This document shows positions 1 through 11,762 of a DNA stretch of 64,000 nt, one piece after another; within the stretch, counting starts at the first letter, position 1; each line of letters begins with the position of its first letter. The DNA is from Felis catus (Eukaryota): contig NC_058369.1 in assembly GCF_018350175.1 (NCBI RefSeq), positions 25,050,001 to 25,114,000 on the forward strand, given 5' to 3'. Position numbers and translations under genes: made by a program. The notes under the pieces are model-generated. The model made no database searches and was not told where the DNA came from. It was given only the letters and a program-made list of their open reading frames with translations.

Positions 1-38
1 GTTCTCACGGCAGAGGAAACAGGAAGTGCTGTACTTAC

Positions 39-101
39 GCTTATGTCGAGACTGCAAAGGCTAACGGCATCCTCATCTTGGGTGCTCTGCTTGCGTTTTC
101 G
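39..101 (-). CDS. ARHGEF3: ARHGEF3 internal coding exon (63 nt, phase 0/0): RKRKQSTQDEDAVSLCSLDIS
   Basis: Minus strand reads tctatcgtttgttttgcag|CGAAAACGCAAG...GACATAAGC|gtaagt, with a canonical acceptor and donor. The peptide matches my recollection of the N-terminal exon of long ARHGEF3 isoforms, just before EPSNKRVKPL. Confidence 0.93.
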
Positions 102-386
102 CTGCAAAACAAACGATAGACAAGGTTCAAATGCAAACAGGGATTATGGCTTTGATTAAGGGAAGAAAAAAAGCAATCAGTCGAATGGCACATGCAACCC
201 TTGCCATTTCTACCGTGTTTCCCGAAAACCTTTAACCAACCTATGTAAATGAACAATTCTAAGAAAGCTTAAGAAATCATGGAGAAGCTTCAAACTCTAA
301 GGTAATTGGTTTACATTATTCTGATTCCTGCTGCTACAATTTTTTTTTGTATTTCCTTTTTTCCTAAATGTCTTTATATATATATA

Positions 387-605
387 TTTTTTAATTTTTT
401 TTCAACGTTTATTTATTTTTGGGACAGAGAGAGACAGAGCATGAACGGGGGAGGGGCAGAGAGAGAGGGAGACACAGAATCGGAAACAGGCTCCAGGCTC
501 TGAGCCATCAGCCCAGAGGCCGACTCGGGGCTCGAACTCACAGACCGCGAGATCGTGACCTGGCTGAAGTCGGACGCTTAACCGACTGTGCCACCCAGGC
601 ACCCC
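387..605 (-). mobile_element. Young felid Can-SINE (SINEC_Fc type)
   Basis: tRNA-derived head, (CT)n, A tail; TSD aatgtctttatatat at 367-381 and 606-620. Confidence 0.95.
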
Positions 606-2872
606 AATGTCTTTATATATTAAGGCTTAGATATTTAGATGCAAAGTTCAGATTCTGACTAACTTGGAAGAAGATGCTAGACCGGAAAGGAAATCTAATT
701 CACTTGAAGATATTTCATTTCTAGAGGAGCTTTGTACTTGGGTAATTTAAATTTAAAGTTCTAAACTTCATCCAGGATCCTGATATAATCACAGAACCAG
801 AATGCTGGAACAAATCTTAGACATCATCTCCAATCTTCCTGTTTTATAGCCATCAACACCAAGAAAAATCATTACTGGAACTGAAGAAAACTGTATTTGA
901 AATGAACTTATGACCATCTGCCAGGTTAGATGTGGAAAATATATTTTCTTCTTTATAAAAAGAAAAGAAACTCCATCTACAAACCATAATAGAGCTCATC
1001 AGGGATACATTCACCTCACTTCTGCATTCCAGCTCAACCAACCAAGCAAGTATCACTTGAGTCACTATGGTGTGACTTTTTAAGTCTCCTGATCATAACT
1101 TGGCAGAAACTTACCAAAGGGCCAGAATCACTGGCATGAAGTTCCCATGGAATCCAGAGACATGTTAGTCTTCAATCCCTAAAGAAGCCCACCTCTTCCT
1201 CCTCCTCTATCATACCCTGAGCAGGAAAGACAGCAAGTGGAAAGCAACCAGAGCCATCCTTGTCTGTCTTACTACAATTGTCCTAGTATTTCTTCAAATC
1301 AATTCAAGGAAGATTTGTTGAACATCTATCATGAGCCTGGCCCTGCTTTTGCTTCTGGGACTGCAAAGACCAGCAGCAGCAGAGAGTGAGTTCCTTAACT
1401 CACATTCTTTCAGGAGGGACAGACCCTGAAGGAATTAACTAGAATGTAGAAAAATCCAAACATCCTAGGAAGGTCACTTCACTTTTCTGAGTTACCCCTT
1501 CTCAACTCTTAAGGTGGGAGTGATGATATTAGCTTCTACTCTCAAAGGGAGAGGAGTAAATATGGTAATGCATTTTAGAGCTTAGCAGAGTGCCTGGTAC
1601 ACAGTGGGTGCCCAAAACATGGCTTAGAAGACTCTGCAAGCACAGTGAGTAGTTTAGCGTCGGTGAGGGTTGGAGAGGTCTTCTCAGAGAAGAAGGTGTT
1701 TGCGTAGGCCAAAGATATTGGGAGGGGACGAGGGCCTCTTGTTCCATAGCCAGCCGCCTAGATCTTTAGAACCCCACAGGTGCACATAGTTCTGTCCAGA
1801 GAAATGGAGTTCTAGATCTTATATATTATTCCATTTGAGCAGTGGAATGATTTAGAGATGAAGGCCAGGAACCAGGATACCAAATCAGCCATCTGGGATG
1901 GTGCTCAAGAATCTGCATTAACAAACTCACCAGGTGATTTTTAGGGGGTCAGATACTCTATTCAGGGGCTTTGAGGGGAGCCCTGAAAAAATGGGGAGAG
2001 CCACGTGCCATTTTGAGAATGCTTCATGTTGGTATAGGGACCTGACCCTTATGATTCATCATCTAGTCACAATTAAAAGCAGCACTGTGGTGTCAGTGAA
2101 GCCAATTCACTGCTTAATATTTACAAGGTGACTTTTTGAGGCAAGTACAGCAAAGGATAATTTCCATTCTAGGATAAATAAACTGAAGTCAGGGGAGATA
2201 AACAATTTGTTCAAAGTAACATGGCTAGGGTGTAACACTCTGAATCCAGGATTCTAATTTCTGGGGCAAAACCCTTCACACGTATCACTGAAAGCATGCT
2301 TGGCAAATAGGTTACAACTCATTTGCTACCCGGAACGTCTGGTAGCCTCTGCCTGGAGCTGTATTGAGAAGCAGTACACAGCACAGCAAAATGGGACAAT
2401 GCTGCAATCAATCAGTAGCACGTGCTGGGGTGTAAGAGAGGGGACAGCTGCTACCCAGGATAGTCTGTGCCCTTCCTGAGTCTGGCTTCTCTTGTGTTGA
2501 GAGGCCACAGTGTTATACCTGGGCGCTTGGGAAATGCCACGAGGGGCAGAGGCTCTGGGATGTTGTCTATGAGGTGAATAATGCCTATCAGGTAGGGTTG
2601 TTGCTAGGATCATAGATGATATGCATATGGAGGCAGGAACGAGGCCTGACACACAGTAGGCACACAATAAATAGCAGCTCCTGTCACGTGTTACTCAAAC
2701 TGCAAGCCACACAGATATATGCTGCTACCCAATATTGTCAAGTTATAGAATTTCATGGTGCTACAATTCCAGTCCTAGAGCTCAACAATTTTGTCAATGC
2801 AACATGTTAATGGTAGCCTGTTATCTCAAGAAGCCCATCCTGGTGAAGGAGAGGGGATATAATAAGATGGGG

Positions 2873-3087
2873 TTTTTTTTAATGTTTATTTTTGAGAGAG
2901 AAATAGAGAGAGTGTGCATATGAGCCACGGCTGGGGAGAGAGAGAGAGGGAAAGAGAGAATCCCAAGCAGGCTCTGTGCTATCAGTGCAGAGCCCAACCC
3001 AGGGATTGAACCCACAAACCGTGAGATCATGACCTGAGCCAAAATCAAGAGTCAGATGCTCACCCAACTGAGCCACCCAGGCACACC
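2873..3087 (-). mobile_element. Can-SINE
   Basis: Typical head/CT/A-tail structure on the minus strand. Confidence 0.9.
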
Positions 3088-3671
3088 AAGAGTTTTTTCC
3101 CTCAGAGGCATATGGCTCTCTCCAGACCAACTCAACAATTACCCAGGGCTGGAACTCAGTCTCCAGAGTACCCCTAACCTCCGACACTTCACGTGCTCCA
3201 AGTGTCAAATCCAGAAGATAAACGTCCTCTAGTAGCCTTTTTAATTAAGCCATGGCCACTTAATCGGGGATAGAGTGATCTCCTTGAGAAACCCACACAT
3301 TTATAAAATGAAAGCTGAAGGATTATCAAAATGGATTTTCTTTTCAATTTCTATTACAGGGGGTGGTGACTGACCACTGCCAGCAACCAAGAAGGAGCCT
3401 GATGGTTAAGTTCTGGGCCTGAAGCAAAAACTTCACAAGTGTCGTTTAGCCATCTGTTCACTTGTTTTGTGTTTACTGAGCACTTCTGATGTGCAAAGCC
3501 CTGTGGCGGATCTGGGGATACAGCAGTGAATGAGTTAGGCAAGCTCCATGCTCACTAACTGGGAGTAAAAAGAAAACAAAATAATTACAGATTGTGATCT
3601 CCGTTGTGAATGAGTCAGATGAAGTGCTGAGACAGACTAGAAAGGGAGACACAGTTTAGAACGATAATTTA

Positions 3672-3890
3672 CTTTTTTAATTTTTTTATGAATATAATTT
3701 ATTATCAAATTGGCTTCCATACAACACCCACTGCTCATTCCAACAAGTGCCCTCCTCATTGCCCATCACCCATTTTCCCTCTCCCCCACCTCCCCATCCA
3801 CCGTTAGTTTTCTGTATTTAATAGTCTCTTGTGGTTTGCCTCCCTCCCTCCCTATTTGTGTCTTTTTTTTTTCCTCCTTCCCTTCCCCCA
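3672..3890 (-). mobile_element. L1 (felid-type) 3' end fragment
   Basis: T-rich tail followed by L1 3'UTR; reverse-similar to the fragment at 38926-39180. Confidence 0.8.
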
Positions 3891-4414
3891 TTTAATTTAA
3901 TCTTTTGTTTTCTGGTTTTTGGCTGACCTTCTCATGAGCCATAAGCCCAAGAAGGCAGGACTTGGTCTGTCAAGGTCACGTTCTAGAACCTGCTGCAGTA
4001 CCTGATGCATGGCCCCCACACCCTACGATAGCACTTGATTGTTTTGCGGATGCCCTCAGTCCCGCACCCTTTGAGAAGCTTGTTATCTTCACCAATTACC
4101 CAACTCCAATGGTTGGAGAGGGTAACCAAATGGGCACCCATTCCACCAGACCAGCCAGCCTGATTGGCCCATGCGACGAAAGGTGTGCAGGTGACACAGC
4201 CCCATGCATGGGTTGCATACCACAACCTAGGAGCTTCTAAATTCCACCCAGGAATTTCTAAACTATTGGAGAGCTGAGCTCATGTCAACGATCTGAAGAA
4301 CAGTTCATGGGAAATTTAAATCCTGGAGACACAGACAAATGTGTATCTCAGAAAGCAGAGGGTGTGGCAGGACACTACACTCATTTTGAACTTCACCAGA
4401 ATGATTGATAATGA

Positions 4415-4640
4415 CAATAACTAGCTTTGGCCAATTTAATACTCACCACCTTCCCATCACAGAGCTAAATCTTCATATGCATGATCTGATTTGATTCTCA
4501 CGACCATCCCAGGAGGTGGGCAGGAACAAGTGTTCTCTCCATTTTACAGAGGAGGAGATGGAGGTTCAGAGAGGGGCAGGGATTTGCCCAAAGTTCTATA
4601 ATTAGCAAGAGGCAGAGCCTGGATTCATCAGGCTCCAGGC
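4415..4640 (-). mobile_element. MIR SINE
   Basis: ccattttacagaggaggagatggaggttcagagagg...gcagagcctggattc resembles the MIR core. Confidence 0.7.
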
Positions 4641-4837
4641 TATGTGTTTCCCCACTACACTGTCCTGTCCCAGAGTCTGGAAGGGCACATCGTACAGAGA
4701 TGGAGTAAGGAAGTGTTGCACATGAGGAGTTGGGGAGGAGACACCTTTATAACTTATTCTATTAAAGAACTGGCCTTGAAGACAGTACACCTAGATAACA
4801 TTTTGTGGTCCTTTATAGCTTTAGAAGCTATCACTGT

Positions 4838-4956
4838 CTGCCACCAGGTAGGCTAGGGCTGAGTCAAGCCACCATTCTGTGCATCAGAAACAAAAAAGCC
4901 TGCCACCAGGTAGGCTAGGGCTGAGTCAAGCCACCATTCTGTGCATCAGAAACAAA
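4838..4956. repeat. Perfect 57-bp direct duplication with a 5-bp spacer
   Basis: ctgccaccaggtaggctagggctgagtcaagccaccattctgtgcatcagaaacaaa at 4838-4894 and 4900-4956. Confidence 0.97.
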
Positions 4957-6185
4957 GGGCAGCTTACCTGTGGGGGAGGGGAGGTTCCTAGGCTGGAAGG
5001 ACACTGAGCAAACTGTCTGCATTTACACACTTGGCCCTGCATGTTCTCATCAGCCAATTGGAGGAGCCATGGACGCACCCTGTTATTCTTGTTCAATTTA
5101 CTGAAGCGAATGCAGAGTCTGCTTCCCTTTCAACCATGAAAACAGAGCGCCTTGGGTGCTATAGTTTGTGCTGATTTGCGTACATAACTTTAAACCCCAG
5201 TGCCCTGTGCAGTAGGTCAATGAATAATTTCTGAATGAGTGACTAAACGAAAGAATGAATAAAGGAGGCCAGTGTTTTTGAGGTGACGCCCTTCCCTTCC
5301 GCTAACCACCTGGCTGCCAAAATTAAATCAAAACCTCAAAAGCAAAGATCACTGAAAGCTGACATTCTTCAACCTCAGATTTCCTTGGAGACACAAAACC
5401 TGCAAGTTTAAGCTACAACTCTTGCTTTCCAAATAAGAAAGGTTTTTTTTCCCTTACCAATGGAGGCATTTATTTTTCTTAAAATACATAGAGATGTTAA
5501 ATCATGGCTGTTCAAACATTGGTCTAAGCAGGATATGGGTGACTTCCACTCCCCCTATGAGAAGGAATGTCAGATCTGTTCAAGGGTGAGGGACTCCCAT
5601 GACCAGGGCATCTATCCAGGCACTGCCCTCAGCAATGGCACAGGGATTCATTCTTTAGGAGCAAGGAATCAAAGTATAAGAATACTTCAACTGAAGGGGA
5701 ACAGCCAGCTTGAACCAAATCATAAGTGAACTTAATGGGCACTTGAACCCTTTGAACACCTAGGCACCTATCTAGGGCAGGCAGGAAAGGCAATTACAGA
5801 GGGGAATTTATGAGAACAAAGGGGCTGAATACACTATCTGGTTCCTTAGACCTGCAGGTTACATATTTGATGAGATACTTTCTAGAGGTGCTTGGGTGCT
5901 AGAAAAACTCATGTTTCTCGAATCAAAAGAAACAAACAAACACAAAGCCCCTTTGTTAATTTGCAACAGAGCAAAGCCCTTATATGTTCAGATATAAGGT
6001 CTGATGGAGATAGGGGTATGTTTGGATGGATCTGAGTGGACTCTGTTTGAGACTCACTACTGGTAACACCATCCTGCTATCTCAACCATAAGTGTTCACC
6101 TGTGCTCCTTCCAACCCACTTTCACGAAGCATCTTTGTTCTCCAGGCCACTCAATGGCTCTCTCCTTTAGGCGTGGCTACCTTCT

Positions 6186-6421
6186 TCTTCTTTTTTTTTT
6201 TTTTTTAATTTTTTTTTTCAACGTGTATTTATTTTTGGGACAGAGAGAGACAGAGCATGAACGGGGAAGGGGCAGAGAGAAAGGGAGACACAGAATCGGA
6301 AACAGGCTCCAGGCTCCGAGCCATCAGCCCAGAGCCCGACGCGGGGCTCGAACTCAGGGACCGCAAGATCGTGACCGGGCTGAAGTCGGACGCTTAACCG
6401 ACTGCGCCACCCAGGCGCCCC
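6186..6421 (-). mobile_element. Young felid Can-SINE
   Basis: CpG-retaining copy; TSD aggcgtggctaccttct at 6169-6185 and 6422-6438. Confidence 0.95.
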
Positions 6422-6692
6422 AGGCGTGGCTACCTTCTAATAGAACAAGGTAGACCACTAAATCTCATGAGTAAATGGTCCATAAACAACTAGTTTTTCT
6501 CTGGTGTCTTGGGTAAGGCTCTCTATGGAGAGCACTGACCCTATCCCTGACTGATCAATGTTCGGAAGAACTGGGCCAAGCCTTAATGTCTTATCCTTAT
6601 TGGGCTCAGCTCCCATTCTCTCTAGACTCAAATCTTGAGATCTTTGAGGTTTGGAATCTCAGAATCCAAGGAGAATCCAGGTGCTTTCTAAT

Positions 6693-6890
6693 GTTTATTT
6701 ATTTTTGAGACAGAGAGAGACAGAGCATGAACGGGGGAAGGTCAGAGAGAGGGAGACACAGAATCTGAAGCAGGGTCCAGGCTCTGAGCTTTCAGCACAG
6801 AGCCCGACGTGGGGCTTGAACTCACGGACCGTGAGATCATGACCTGAGCCGAAGTCGGACGCTTAACCGACTGAGCCACCCAGGCGCCCC
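6693..6890 (-). mobile_element. Can-SINE (almost no A tail)
   Basis: TSD tccaggtgctttctaat at 6676-6692 and 6891-6907. Confidence 0.93.
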
Positions 6891-7187
6891 TCCAGGTGCT
6901 TTCTAATACACAAGCGGAAGGAAGTGAAAGCTGAAAGTGGGCACCTGCTATGAGCCAAGCACTGTGCTCACAATTTAAAGGACTGTTCCATTTAAGCTAC
7001 TCTTTAACCCAGTTTAAATAAGAATTGCTGTGTTCATTTTACAGTAAGGGACACTCATGCTCACTCAAGGTCACAAAATTAGTAAATACTAGAGAGGGAT
7101 TTCTCTCTAGGCCAGCCTAATTCTCAAACCACTGATCTTTCTGCCTTACAATGCTATTTCTCTTTTTATATTGTTTAAAAACAATAT

Positions 7188-7402
7188 GGGGTGCCTGGGT
7201 GGCTCAGTCAGTTAAGCATCCAACTTCTGCTCAGGTCGTGATCTCATGGTTCATGAGTTTGAGCCCCTCATCAGGCTCTGTGCTGACAGCTCAGAGCCTG
7301 GAGCCTGCTTCAGATTCTGTGACTCCGCCCCCCCTCTCTCTCTGCCCCCTCCCCCACTTGTACTCTGTCTCTCTCAAAAATAAACATTAAAAATTAAAAA
7401 AA
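7188..7402 (+). mobile_element. Can-SINE
   Basis: ggggtgcctgggtggctcagtc head, CT tract, A tail. Confidence 0.9.
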
Positions 7403-7809
7403 CCCAATATGTACCTTATTTGAATTAATATATTAAAAATATAAAATATATTTAAACACATTTAAAATAATGCCTTTTAAAAACAATATAAAAGGCTCAC
7501 AAGGTATTTCCCTACATACCTGAAGGAAATTAAGAGCTTAAATGAGACAGACCTGAGTTCAAAATCCAGCTCCACTATTTGCTATTTGGTGTGATAAACT
7601 TACTTCTTTATCCCTTCATTCGCTCAACAATTATTCACTGAGGACCTACAATGGGCCGGGGGCAGTTTCTAGATGTGGGGATCTGTGTCTATAAAACACT
7701 TCCATAAGCTTTGATTTCTCCATCATGGGGTTATTTCGAAGATTAAAGGAAATAAAATATTTAGAACAGGGCCCAGCAAATAGCGAAAGATTAAAAAATG
7801 GTCATTATT

Positions 7810-8032
7810 GGGGCGCCTGGGTGGCACAGTCGGTTAAGCGTCCGACTTCAGCCAGGTCACGATCTCGCGGTCCGTGAGTTCGAGCCCCGCGTCGGGCTCT
7901 GGGCTGATGGCTCAGAGCCTGGAGCCTGTTTCCAATTCTGTGTCTCCCTCTCTCTCTGCCCCTCCCCCGTTCATGCTCTGTCTCTCTCTGTCCCAAAAAT
8001 AAATAAACGTTGAAAAAAAAAATTAAAAAAAA
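7810..8032 (+). mobile_element. Young felid Can-SINE
   Basis: Near-identical to the other young copies; TSD ggtcattatt. Confidence 0.95.
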
Positions 8033-8984
8033 GGTCATTATTCTTGTTACTGTGGCACTTTCCATTACCACTGTTGTTGCCGCTGTTCTGTTGTTATTTG
8101 ACATTGTGAGGTGGGCAGGGTGGGTACCAGAGATGGGGATCCTACAAGGATGGGGGGAACCTGGCTAGGACGCAGCCTGACCATCCTGGAACTACCCACG
8201 GCACACAGGGGTCTAAATGGACGCTCTCCAGATACCTTCAGTCACGTTTCCAGTGTGTTGTCCTTACTCCTCTCACAGAGACAGGGCAAATGCAAGGCCT
8301 GACTTCATTTTAAATGGCTGAGATTGAATTGATTAGTGTCGGAACAGCCCTGTTATTTAATCACGGGGCTTTTCTATTTAATAACCAAGTGAGCAGAGCA
8401 GCAAAAACACACTGATGGAAGGAGTGCAGCTCCCAACCTGACAGCAAATGGCCCCCGATTAGTCGTTTGTAATTATTAAATTCAAACCAGATCTCAAACC
8501 TTTTTTGATTTATCTCTTTGCTGGCAAACAGCTTTGGTGGTTTCAGGGGCTTTAATGCCTCCCTTTCATCTGCGCCTTCTTTGGGGAGAGATTAGCAAAA
8601 GGATTTTGTGTTCTTGTACTTGCCCTTAGCTGGAGCTTGACTTGCTAAACTCACGTTTGGGCAGGGAACAGATCCACATTCTGTTTTGCTCCTGTCTGAA
8701 GCTGCAGGCGTGAGCGAGAGAGGGACCCCTCCTCCATTTTTAATACACTCCTGGGAGTTCCTCCTATTTTTAAAACACCCTTCTCCAACATCCAGCAACC
8801 TGATGCTGTTTTCTAGACTCTTCAATGTGCTCATGGGGTAGCAAACCTGGAAATCCTGGTGTTCTCTGAGCTACTAGTGAAGAAACCATAACTAACATGA
8901 AATGTAATTTTATGTTCAGATGCCATTAACTATGGCCTGAAACAGATGCCATTAACTATAGCATTTGAAAATGCTAAGTTGGCA

Positions 8985-9185
8985 CTGAAGTCAGACTTGC
9001 TGGCTTCACACCCAAGTTATGACTTGTATTTGTTGTAGAACCTTAAGCACATAATTTCACCTATTCAAACCTCAGTTTCCTCATCTATAAAATGGGAATA
9101 TAAAAGTTATCGTGAGAGTTAACTAGATCAATGTGGGTAAAGGGCTTAGCACAATGCCTGGCACACAGTAGCTACTCAACTATCA
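8985..9185 (+). mobile_element. MIR SINE
   Basis: cctcagtttcctcatctataaaatggg core; gcctggcacacagtag 3' part. Confidence 0.75.
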
Positions 9186-10611
9186 GTGAAATAGTAGCAG
9201 AAGCAACTATAGCAGTAACAGCAAGTGAGAGCAGGTGCCAGAGGAAACAAACCATAGAGAAAATACTTAAAATGTATAAAAGTCTACCCACTAACCTGAC
9301 TTTGGAAAACTAGGAAAAGCCCTGATCGTTGATTTTGGCCATGGAACACCTGGCCTTTAGGCTGTTTGGAAGCAGAGATGAAATCGTCCTGGCCAAGGAA
9401 AGGTCCTTCTCTCCCACGGGAAGGAAATCATGTCCAACCGGACAAACGGGAGGAGGGGAGAGCCAGCCAGCATGTCAGTGCCACCACCAGCCCTGCTAAC
9501 CAACTGGCAGCCAGAGTCACTGTCATTCCTCAAGCATAGACCACTTTTCCCTCCAAAAACACTCAAGGCCAGAGGAGCAGGAAAGAAGACAGGAAACGTG
9601 GTCTACTCAGGGTAGAGAGCTGGTGAGTATATTTTCCAGAGAGATTATCCTAGAAAAACTTCATTATGGGCATCAATTTAACTTGGGAGAAGGAGGTGTT
9701 ATTCACAAAGATTTTCAACAATAGGATGTGACAGGAAGCACAAAATTGAATTAACCAGAGTGCTTTTTCCTTGGCCTTCTAATAATTACTATAATTATTT
9801 TGTGTATATTTTTACTGGCTCTCAGGTGCACTGACTTGGACTAATCACAGTCCTTCGTTCATAACACATTACAATCGCTGATGCTTCCCTGGCCCTCTTT
9901 TATGTGTTCATTCATTTATTTTTAACAGCACAATGAACTCTCATTTATTAAAATTCTTTGCATATGCAACGGTTTGAAGCCCTTATCAACAAAAAAGTTA
10001 TTTGTATGGTTTAGGGAATGTCTAAACAATTGCTTAATTTCTAGATAATTACTCTATGTAACCAATCAACTTAGATAATCCAACTGCACAATTCAGAGTC
10101 AAACGTGTTTGTGGTCCACAGTAATACTGGGAACCTGATTTTACAAGGAGAGTTCTCAGATCTTTACTCATTTTGTGTTCCTGCCTTTTCCTATCTAGAA
10201 AGACCCCAGTGCTGGTGATGCCTTATCAGCCACAGCACCCCATGCATTCCTAAGTAGGTCCCTAAATGCTAACAGGCAGGCATTTAACCATAGGGAGAGC
10301 AAGGCTTCCTTTGGTTCCCTGGTGTCTGGACCATCTACTCCTGGAGGCACCTTGCCACACAAAGCAGAGGTGAATACTGGCTGCACCTGCTGAGACGCAT
10401 TGTAAATCCTGACAACTCATCAAGACAGTCCTTTAAATAGAGAAAAGGTTCCCTGGCAGAACCATTAGGTACTGGCTATCAGATTAGAACTCACAACTTG
10501 AGTTGCTAAAGTTTAGGGTTTTTTATGGCATATTCTGGCTGCTCTTCCTTTTCATTCCTCCTTCCCTTTGCTGGGTTTATAATGACAACCGTCTATTAAG
10601 AATTCACTGCA

Positions 10612-10827
10612 GGGGGAGCCTGGGTGGCGCAGTCGGTTAAGCGTCCGACTTCAGCCAGGTCACGATCTCGCGGTCCGTGAGTTCGAGCCCCGCGTCAGGC
10701 TCTGGGCTGATGGCTCAGAGCCTGGAGCCTGTTTCCGATTCTGTGTCTCCCTCTCTCTCTGCCCCTCCCCCGTTCATGCTCTGTCTCTCTCTGTCCCCCA
10801 AAAAATAAATAAACGTTGAAAAAAAAA
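10612..10827 (+). mobile_element. Young felid Can-SINE
   Basis: TSD aagaattcactgca at 10598-10611 and 10828-10841. Confidence 0.95.
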
Positions 10828-10841
10828 AAGAATTCACTGCA

Positions 10842-11054
10842 GGACACCTGGGTGGCTCAGTCGGTTAAGTGTCTGACTTCAGCTCAGGTCCTGATCTTGC
10901 GGTTTGTGAGTCTGGGTCCCGTGTTGGACTCTGTGCTGACAGCTCAGAGCCTGGAGCCTGCTTCAGATTCTATGTCTCCCTCTCTCTCTGCTCCTCCCCC
11001 ACTCATGCTCTCTGTGTCTCAAAAACAAATAAAAACATTAAAAAATTTTTAAAA
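10842..11054 (+). mobile_element. Older Can-SINE in tandem with the previous copy
   Basis: Diverged copy; flanked by aagaattcactgca and aaggatccactgca (11055-11068). Confidence 0.9.
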
Positions 11055-11299
11055 AAGGATCCACTGCATGCTGGGTACTTTCCACATGTGACATCCAATC
11101 TTTACAGCTGTATACACACACAAAAATAATTACACCTGAGGAAACTGAGACTTAAAGAGTTTAAATGGCTCATTGAGGGTGCTCTGTAAGTGCACAAAAC
11201 AAAAAAATTTTATGTCAGATCTGGCTGTGTAGCCAGTCCTTCTGGTCCACATCCCTAGGCAATCACTATTCCCTTACGTAACTGGGCTTTCTACTGGCC

Positions 11300-11762
11300 A
11301 GAAATGCTAGGGATTTAATGCCATCAGGAGCAGCCCTCAACCTGTGATGTACTGGAGTTAGTAGGCAAATAGCCCAGCTTCCTACAGTTTGTGGGGACAA
11401 CTCTGAGATGTGGTCTCAATCTTGACCGTACACTGGAACCACCAAGGGAGTTTAAAAAACTCTCACGCCTGGCTCCCATTATCCAGGGATTCTGAACATC
11501 AGGAGTTTCAAAAGCTCCCCAGGTGATTCTAATGTGCAGCAAAGTTTGAGAACCACTGTCCTATGTAGTGTCCCAGCAGTCCCCAGCAGGATTGAAACCC
11601 AGCTGCCCACAGAGCTAACCTGTTCATGATTACGTCCTGTATCAGCTTCCTTCCCTTCCCTGTCTCTTCCCTGTATCGTCAGCAGTGCTTCTGGGGATTA
11701 TTTCCCAAATAAACCACTTGCACTTGTATTTGGGTCTGTTTCTGTGGGACTGAGCCAAAGAT
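11300..11762 (+). mobile_element. LTR16-like ERVL solo LTR interrupted by a MER5-type MITE (~11408-11558)
   Basis: ccttcccttccctgtctc...cccaaataaaccacttgcac LTR16-type 3' part; aagctccccaggtgattctaatgtgcagcaaagtttgagaaccactg MER5 end. Confidence 0.65.

Noticed and set aside
41..256. 71-aa ORF overlapping the exon at 39-101
   Set aside because: Wrong frame; the exon frame is set by the splice sites and the recognised ARHGEF3 peptide.
306..658. Recurrent ORFs of the MGQRETEHERGRGRERGRHRIG / MPGWHSRLSVRLQPG type (also at ~6154, 7798, 40677 and elsewhere)
   Set aside because: They are translations of Can-SINE copies, not a gene family.
4838..4956. Repeat-spacer-repeat as a CRISPR-like array
   Set aside because: Only two units with a 5-bp spacer, in a mammalian intron with no cas genes.
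7810..7890. tRNA-like A/B boxes
   Set aside because: These are tRNA-derived SINE heads, not tRNA genes.
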